A program made the position numbers and the translations under genes. 64,000 bases of DNA from Spirochaetales bacterium (GTDB lineage: Bacteria; Spirochaetota; Spirochaetia; Treponematales; UBA12059): NCBI GenBank assembly GCA_016928955.1, contig JAFGJV010000034.1, positions 1 through 64,000 of the forward strand, written 5' to 3'. Positions 58,054 through 64,000 of the stretch are shown here, piece after piece (positions within the stretch are counted from its first letter, which is position 1; every line of letters begins with the position of its first letter). The notes below the pieces were generated by a model. That model had not been told where the DNA came from. It saw only the letters and a list, made by a program, of their open reading frames with translations, and ran no database searches.

Positions 58054-58698
58054 ATGCGGCTCCTCTTCATCGGGGACGCCGACAGGTATCGCGTAGCCAC
58101 ATCAGGGAGCGGGCCGGAAGGGTCCAGCTCCCTTTTTTTATCGGCGACGCTTCCCGGCATCTCCGAGCCAAATGCCTGCGACGCCGTGATTGTCCCGGCG
58201 GAAGCCCTGGCTTCCATACCCTTTCCCCTGGCATGGCCGGTGTTCGCCAGCGGCCCCGCGCGGCTGATGGACGAGGCCTTCGCCTTCGGGTGTGCCGATT
58301 ACCTGCGGGAGCCATGGGATGCCGTGGAGTTGGAGGCCCGGGCTCGGGCCCGGCTTCCCCTTACCCTGAGGACAGCGGCCGGTCTGCTCCGGCTACGGGG
58401 CTCTATCCTGGAAGGCCCCCTGGGTACAAAGCGCCTTCGTCCGCGCTCGGCGGCCCTCCTTGCCATGCTGATGTGCAATGCCGGGCGGCCGGTACCCAAA
58501 ACTGCGCTTGCCCTGGTCCTTGGACCGCGGTCAACGGTTGGCCGCTCGGTCGACATGCGTGTGTCCAGGTTACGGGCTTGTCTATGGAAGGTAGGTGGTC
58601 CCGCTGTTGCACGGCAATTGAGGTCCGAACGGGGAGCATCCAACCGGGAAGGAGCGTACTGGCTTTCAGAAAGCTTGAACGATGAAGCCGATCTGTAA
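58054..58698 (+). CDS. Degenerate OmpR-like regulator (eroded REC + winged helix)
   Basis: AF..GCADYL.EPW...ELEAR, LL..L..NAGRPV, RSVDMRVSRLR. Confidence 0.7.
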   Translation: MRLLFIGDADRYRVATSGSGPEGSSSLFLSATLPGISEPNACDAVIVPAEALASIPFPLAWPVFASGPARLMDEAFAFGCADYLREPWDAVELEARARARLPLTLRTAAGLLRLRGSILEGPLGTKRLRPRSAALLAMLMCNAGRPVPKTALALVLGPRSTVGRSVDMRVSRLRACLWKVGGPAVARQLRSERGASNREGAYWLSESLNDEADL

Positions 58699-58699
58699 T

Positions 58700-58950
58700 T
58701 GTGGATAAGTTGTTGATAGATTGTGCCCATCATGTAGCTTAAAAAAATCATCGTATTTGTTTGTATACAGGGGGTGTATACGATAGTATAAAGAAAAATG
58801 TTGAAATATAATTCAATGTTATAAAAGGAATTAATACTACATGATTCAAGGGTGGTTTCGTTCAGGCGAACGGAATCTCTAAAATTCCCCTCACTGTGTT
58901 TTTTTGACCCACATACAAGTTGTGGAAAACTTGTTTGTAACTGTGGGAAA
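58700..58950. promoter_or_regulatory. DnaA-box cluster with an AT-rich core and an IHF-like site (oriC-like)
   Basis: TGTGGATAA 58700-58708, TGTGGAAAA 58921-58929, TGTGGGAAA 58942-58950, TGACCCACA 58905-58913 plus weaker boxes; TATCAACAACTTA (minus strand, 58706-58718); AT-rich ~58785-58840. Confidence 0.65.
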
Positions 58951-59004
58951 AGCCGAAGCGCTCCAGCTTGTCAAGGGGGTAGCCCCATGCTAGAGTTGTT
59001 TTAT

Positions 59005-59694
59005 ATGAGGAAAATTGCCTTCGTGGCGTTGCGGGTTATCATTGTTTTCCTTGCGGCGGAGGCGGTGTCCTTTGTCTATGGGGTAGCAACGGCCTATGTA
59101 ACTGGGCAGGGCACGCCCGTGGCCGCAGCGGGCGTGAGTTTTGCCGCCATGGCCATAGGCGTATGCGCAATGATTGGCGTCTTTTCGGCTTTTCCTCCCC
59201 TTAACCGCTTCTATAAGAGCCGGTTCGCCGGATACGCCATACTCGGAGTCTTGGCATCCACGGTGCTTATAGGCTCGTCCCTGTTCGGAAACGCCCTGTC
59301 TCTGTTCGGGGAACGCTCCGCTCTGGCCGCCTTGCCCGGAGGATTTGGTGCTCTGGCCGAATGGGTGGCAGCCGCTTCGGCCCTTCCGCCAATGCAGGCG
59401 GCCGTCCGCCTCGTGGCGGTGTCGGCTTACGCCGTTTCCTTTTGGGGTATATCCCGGATATCCGACAAACGGCCATTGGTCGGCGCTTTGCTGACGCCCT
59501 CAGCCTGTCTGGCGGCCATAGAGCTCTTTGGCCTGTATCTCAGGGGCCCGGCGCGGGACGTACTCGGTTTTCTGGGCCTAAAGCTGAATCCAACGGACGG
59601 AACGGCGGCTCTCTGCGCGGCCACCGCCCTCCTTTTGGTCATGTTCGACATCCTGATTTCAGCCAGGCCAAAGGCGGGAGGCCGACATGCCTAG
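59005..59694 (+). CDS. Hypothetical membrane protein
   Basis: About 6 hydrophobic segments; promoter directly upstream; overlaps the next gene. Confidence 0.7.
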   Translation: MRKIAFVALRVIIVFLAAEAVSFVYGVATAYVTGQGTPVAAAGVSFAAMAIGVCAMIGVFSAFPPLNRFYKSRFAGYAILGVLASTVLIGSSLFGNALSLFGERSALAALPGGFGALAEWVAAASALPPMQAAVRLVAVSAYAVSFWGISRISDKRPLVGALLTPSACLAAIELFGLYLRGPARDVLGFLGLKLNPTDGTAALCAATALLLVMFDILISARPKAGGRHA

Positions 59695-61357
59695 AAACAG
59701 AGCCGCCTTCCTGAAGTACATGGTTGGCCTGATGTTTCTGGCCATCGTGGTTTCCTTCCTGCTGGCGGTGCTGTCAGCGCGCTCGTCGGGCGTGCTCCCG
59801 TCCTTCCTGTTCAGGTGGGAGCTGGCCATGGCGGTGGGTACCTTTGCCGCCTGGGTGCCTGCGCTGCTCCTGGTGGCATCGGCGATGGCGGCTGAAAACG
59901 CCGACGGCAGCCCGGGTTTCCACAGCGTCATGCTCTCCGTCCTGACGCCGGCGTTGACCGTGGCCGTGCTCTTGTCCCTGTTTTACCTGCTCGTCTGCCC
60001 CCTCGCGGACGGCCGCCGGGCCTTTTACGAGCAGGCCAGCAGGGATTTCAGCGAATCCCTCGCGCTGGCAGAGGAAGCCCTGGGGAAAAACGACCTGGTC
60101 ACCGCCCAGGGGCACGCTCTCCGTTGCAGGGCGATAGACAGGCAGGAAGCGCGGTACGTGGACCTGAATGACAGGATCCAGGCCCGGCTGGTCGAGACGG
60201 CGAGCATAGAAGCCCCGGCGCAAGAGCCTGGGCTAGCCGCGCAAGAGCCAGCGCGGGAAACAGCCAACCGCTTCTACCTAGAAGCCCTTACAGCCATGAA
60301 GGAAGGCCGCTTTTTTGATGCCCATTACCTGGCAAAACGCTCCCTGGCCATGTATCCGAACCGGCAGGAGGTGATACAGCTGGTGAGCCAGAGCTGGGAC
60401 GCTATGCAGGAGCTCAAAGCGTCGCCTGAGAAGGCACTGGACGAGGAGTTCTACGCGCGCAAGGTCCAAGGCTACGAGTATCTGGAATCGGGCGACTATC
60501 TTGCCGCGTACAGGATGTACCTGGACTTGGCGGAGGAGCGCCCCTCGGACCAGGATACAAGAAAATATCTCCAGCTGAGCGCGGACGGCCTGTCGGCTAC
60601 GGCCTTTTTCCTGGGCGACCTGGAACGGGCCTTCCAGTCATACGGAGCCAGGCCCTTCCGCATGGTAATGGGCGTTGACGAGACCAGGATAGAGCTCTCG
60701 GCGGATTCAGCGTCGCTGTCGCCTGCCGGGGTGTATTTCAGGGGCTTTTCGTACAGGTCCGCGTCGCTCAGCGTCCATACCCCCTACGCCGCCCTGAGGT
60801 CCGGGCTTGTCCTGCTCAGGTGCGTGGATGACGAGAATCCAGCCAACGTGTACGCACCCGAGTGGCAACCGGCTCCGCCGGACAGGAACACGGCCAACGT
60901 GCTGGAGTCGGGCATGTCTGAGGACGACGTGAGGGAGTATTTCCTGCTTTCGTCGCCGCCAACGGAAATTCCCCTTTGGACCCTGCTTGCGCGTTCCAAT
61001 TCGGGCGCGCGCTTTGGCATAGATCCCAAGCCCTTGCTCAATGAACTGGCGTCCAGGCTGGCGTATCCCTTCCTTGTCCTGATACTGGTCGTGCTTGGCG
61101 TGGCCTTCGGGCTTCGTTTCCGGCCGCCCGAGAAACCGAGTCTGGGATCCACGGTGTTCTGGGCACCGGCCCTTAGCGCTGCCTTGAGTCCCGTGCTTGG
61201 CGTGGGGGCGGCGGGCGGGCGGGTGGCGCAGGCGGCCCTGCTCACAGCCCTGCCGGGAGCCGCGTTCCTGCCCGCGTGGCTGGGCTTTCTCAGCATCTGT
61301 ACCGTGTTGGCCGTGCTTTTGGCGTCACGGATAGCCCTTCACGCGCCACGGGCATGA
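59687..61357 (+). CDS. Membrane protein with a TPR-like periplasmic region and LptF/G-like TM layout
   Basis: 3 N-terminal TMs, a helical repeat region, a beta region, then ELASRLAYPFLVLILVVLGVAFG and further TMs. Confidence 0.65.
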   Translation: MPRNRAAFLKYMVGLMFLAIVVSFLLAVLSARSSGVLPSFLFRWELAMAVGTFAAWVPALLLVASAMAAENADGSPGFHSVMLSVLTPALTVAVLLSLFYLLVCPLADGRRAFYEQASRDFSESLALAEEALGKNDLVTAQGHALRCRAIDRQEARYVDLNDRIQARLVETASIEAPAQEPGLAAQEPARETANRFYLEALTAMKEGRFFDAHYLAKRSLAMYPNRQEVIQLVSQSWDAMQELKASPEKALDEEFYARKVQGYEYLESGDYLAAYRMYLDLAEERPSDQDTRKYLQLSADGLSATAFFLGDLERAFQSYGARPFRMVMGVDETRIELSADSASLSPAGVYFRGFSYRSASLSVHTPYAALRSGLVLLRCVDDENPANVYAPEWQPAPPDRNTANVLESGMSEDDVREYFLLSSPPTEIPLWTLLARSNSGARFGIDPKPLLNELASRLAYPFLVLILVVLGVAFGLRFRPPEKPSLGSTVFWAPALSAALSPVLGVGAAGGRVAQAALLTALPGAAFLPAWLGFLSICTVLAVLLASRIALHAPRA

Positions 61358-61818
61358 CAAGGGCCAAAGCCCGGCTCCTGGGCCTGGTTTTCTGGGCACG
61401 CCCAAGGCGTTGGACGCTGGTTTGCGCGGCGGCCGGGTTCGCAAGCGGCGTTTGGGCGGGGCTCACGGCGGCCGTGTTCGCCGCCGCTCTTGGCGTGTTG
61501 CTCGGGGCCATGCTGGACGACATGGCAAGGCGACGAACAAAAGGCTCCCAGGCGCCCGTGCGGTCACCGGTAGATCTGGACGAGTCCTACCGGGTGCTTG
61601 GCTTGCACAACGACGCTGACGACGCGGACATACTGAGGGCGTACAAACGGCAGAGACGGGAGTCGCACCCGGACGCCGCGGGCGGCTCGTCCGAGCGCTT
61701 TTTGGCCGTTACCCGGGCCTTTGAGGACATACAGCGGGCGCGTGCCGAGGGCTCTCAGCCCTCTATTCGTTCGATGCGAGCTCCCAACAACGCCAACCGC
61801 TCGGATATCCGCTCGTAG
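61354..61818 (+). CDS. Membrane-anchored DnaJ (J-domain) protein, DjlA-like
   Basis: N-terminal TMs; YRVLGL...I.RAYKR...HPD..GG..ERF. Confidence 0.82.
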   Translation: MTRAKARLLGLVFWARPRRWTLVCAAAGFASGVWAGLTAAVFAAALGVLLGAMLDDMARRRTKGSQAPVRSPVDLDESYRVLGLHNDADDADILRAYKRQRRESHPDAAGGSSERFLAVTRAFEDIQRARAEGSQPSIRSMRAPNNANRSDIRS

Positions 61819-63035
61819 CCGCGCTCGATCTGGTACACGTTCTTGATGACGCTGGTACCCTCGGCGCACAGGGCCGCTATGACCATGGCCATGCCCGCGC
61901 GCACGTCGGGCGACACCAGATCCGAGCCGCGTAGCCGCGAAGGTCCGGACACCACGGCGCGGTGCGGGTCGCACAGCACGATGCGGGCGCCCATGCCTAT
62001 CAGCTTGTCCACAAAAAACATTCGGGACTCGAACATTTTCTCGTGGATCAGCACGGCGCCTTCTGTCTGCGTGGCCACCACGGTCATGATGGACGTGAGG
62101 TCGGGCGGAAAGCCCGGCCAGGGAGCGTCGTCGATCTTGGGTATCATGCCACCCAGGTCCGGCACCACCTTCATGGCCTGCCCGGCATGCACGGTCAGGC
62201 GCCTTCCCTCAATGCTCCAGCTGATGCCCAGGCGGCCAAAGGCCAGGCGCATCATCCTGAGATCGTCGGGCTCAATGCCTTCTATGGCAATCTCTCCGCG
62301 CGTGACCGCGGCCAGTCCGATGAAGGATCCCACCTCCATGAAGTCCGGGCCTATGGAGAACTCCGCGCCCGAAAGTTCCTTGACGCCGTGAACGGTAAGG
62401 ATGTTGGAGCCTATGCCCTGAATGTCTGCTCCCATGGCGTTGAGAAGGCGGCACAGGTCCTGGACATGGGGCTCGCTGGCCGCGTTGCGCAGGATGGTCG
62501 TGCCTTCGGCAAGGGCCGCGGCCATGAGGGCGTTCTCGGTGGCCGTTACGGAAGCTTCGTCAAGGAAGATATCCGAGCCCTTGAGCTTGTTTGCCGTAAA
62601 GCGGAACGCCCCGTCTATCTCAACGCGGGCGCCCAGCTGCTCGAACGCCAGGAGGTGCGTGTCCAGGCGTCTGCGGCCTATCACGTCTCCGCCGGGTGGA
62701 GGCAGGGATACCGACCCAAAGCGGGCAAGCAGGGGCCCGGCAAACAGGATGGACGCCCGTACCTTGGCTGACAGGGAGCCGGGCACGTCCGAACTGGACA
62801 TGCCCTTGGGGTCTATTTTCCAGGAGTTCTTGTCCAAGCGATCCACGCCCGCACCCAGGGCGCGGCAGATATCCAGCATGACAAGGACATCTTCGATCTC
62901 AGGGATATTCTTGAGCGTCACCGGGGCGGTAGCCATCAGCGAGGCGGGGATGCACGCCAGGGCGGCGTTTTTGTTGCCGCTCGCCGTCACCGTGCCGCGG
63001 ACCGGATGTCCGCCTTCTATTCGATACTGGTACAT
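61755..63035 (-). CDS. murA: UDP-N-acetylglucosamine 1-carboxyvinyltransferase (Asp-type active site)
   Basis: [59 protein letters not shown]. Confidence 0.96.
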   Translation of the reverse strand: MYQYRIEGGHPVRGTVTASGNKNAALACIPASLMATAPVTLKNIPEIEDVLVMLDICRALGAGVDRLDKNSWKIDPKGMSSSDVPGSLSAKVRASILFAGPLLARFGSVSLPPPGGDVIGRRRLDTHLLAFEQLGARVEIDGAFRFTANKLKGSDIFLDEASVTATENALMAAALAEGTTILRNAASEPHVQDLCRLLNAMGADIQGIGSNILTVHGVKELSGAEFSIGPDFMEVGSFIGLAAVTRGEIAIEGIEPDDLRMMRLAFGRLGISWSIEGRRLTVHAGQAMKVVPDLGGMIPKIDDAPWPGFPPDLTSIMTVVATQTEGAVLIHEKMFESRMFFVDKLIGMGARIVLCDPHRAVVSGPSRLRGSDLVSPDVRAGMAMVIAALCAEGTSVIKNVYQIERGYERISERLALLGARIERIEG

Positions 63036-63264
63036 GGCCGCACTGTAGCCCGGCTTTGTCGATTGGTCAAGAAACGAGGCAGCGTTCACGACGATTGCGC
63101 GCGGTGGCTTTCAGTAAACGCCAGCAGGGTTATCTGGCCATACTCTGTGGCTCGGTGGCTAGCCGTATTTCCGGCTCATTCCGGGAGGTTTGACCGCGGC
63201 AGCGTACCTCGTTACCTTTATACGTTTGGGGCCTCTGTGCACCATTCGTAGACGGCCCCTTTAT

Positions 63265-63370
63265 GGGAACCTTTAAAACCCCAGGGTTATTAGATGTTCC
63301 CTGCGTTTTCGTCCGAAAACGCACAGTTTTTTAAGGTAACCCTCTAAAAACTGCAGTTTTAGAGGCTCCC
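63265..63370. repeat. MITE/REP-like triple-hairpin repeat, copy 2, flanked by a TTAT direct repeat
   Basis: Similar to 27296-27402; TTAT at 63261-63264 and 63371-63374. Confidence 0.9.
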
Positions 63371-63395
63371 TTATGTTTGTTCACAGGAGGCCAGA

Positions 63396-64000
63396 ATGTC
63401 CGTAGAGCGCGTTAAGCCGGTACCCAGTGACATAGAAATTGCCCAGGCGGCAAAGATCAGGAAAATCGTGGAGGTGGCTGAGGACTACGGCATCTGCGAT
63501 GAATGCATCGACCACTTTGGCCGTTACAAAGCCAAGGTCCGGCTGGAATTCCTCAAGCAGAACGAAACCACCCCACGCAGGGCAAAATATATTGACGTGA
63601 CCGCCATCACCCCGACTCCCCTGGGCGAGGGCAAGACCACCACCACGGTGGGTCTGACCCAGGGCCTCGGGAGAATCGGCAAGAAGGCCATAGCCGCGAT
63701 ACGCCAGCCGTCCATGGGCCCGACCTTTGGCATCAAGGGCGGGGCTGCCGGCGGAGGGTACAGCCAGATCGTCCCCATGGAGGACTTCAACCTCCACCTG
63801 ACCGGGGACATCCACGCGGTGGCCGCCGCGCACAATCTCTGCGCCACCGCCCTTGACGCCAGGATGCATCACGAAAACCGCTGGTCTGACGCCTTCTTTG
63901 AGAAACAGGGACTTAAGAAGCTCAACATAGACCCCTACCAGGTGCTATGGCGAAGAGTGGTCGACATGAACGACAGGCCGCTCAGGGACATCGTGCTGGG
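63396..64000 (+). CDS. fhs: Formate--tetrahydrofolate ligase (5' part; runs off the window)
   Basis: AGGAGG SD; translated by hand: SDIEIAQ...YKAKV...VTAITPTPLGEGKTTTTVGL...RQPSMGPTFGIKGGAAGGGYSQ..PMEDFNLHLTGDIHAV. Confidence 0.97.
   Translation, partial: MSVERVKPVPSDIEIAQAAKIRKIVEVAEDYGICDECIDHFGRYKAKVRLEFLKQNETTPRRAKYIDVTAITPTPLGEGKTTTTVGLTQGLGRIGKKAIAAIRQPSMGPTFGIKGGAAGGGYSQIVPMEDFNLHLTGDIHAVAAAHNLCATALDARMHHENRWSDAFFEKQGLKKLNIDPYQVLWRRVVDMNDRPLRDIVL

Noticed and set aside
63075..63260. ZTP or THF riboswitch upstream of fhs
   Set aside because: Looked for because fhs often has one, but I could not find the consensus elements by eye; an Rfam scan would settle it.

Overview
GC-rich bacterial chromosomal segment, most likely from a free-living anaerobic spirochaete. 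This is an inference from the gene set: DbpA-domain protein, DUF4015-type protein, STAS-Zn-ribbon protein, HATPase-HDOD protein and MCP type. Most of the window is housekeeping, metabolic and signalling genes: sbcDC, Fe-ADH, polB, an aldehyde:ferredoxin oxidoreductase pair, thiF/thiS-like, CBS-PPase, pth, era, aroDE, apbE, PAS-GGDEF-EAL, tRNA-Leu(CAA), VanY-type carboxypeptidase, sigma54 activator, a STAS-YbjN-pspA operon, murA and the start of fhs. Unusual elements: (1) an IS21-like end at the left edge; (2) a ~4.8 kb low-GC island bounded by a ~23 bp direct repeat, encoding a secreted 9-Cys peptide with symmetric Cys spacing, a tandem thioredoxin-fold protein, a MacB/FtsX permease, a frameshifted ABC ATPase and a truncated thioredoxin-like gene, which is the best candidate for an undescribed system; (3) two copies of a ~107 bp triple-hairpin MITE-like repeat just upstream of gene starts; (4) an AT-rich DnaA-box/IHF-site cluster resembling oriC with no dnaA nearby; (5) about ten genes whose sigma70-like promoters end 5-10 nt before the ATG with no Shine-Dalgarno, suggesting widespread leaderless translation; (6) a Cys-to-Asp MurA. 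All product calls come from motif recognition by eye; no database searches were run.
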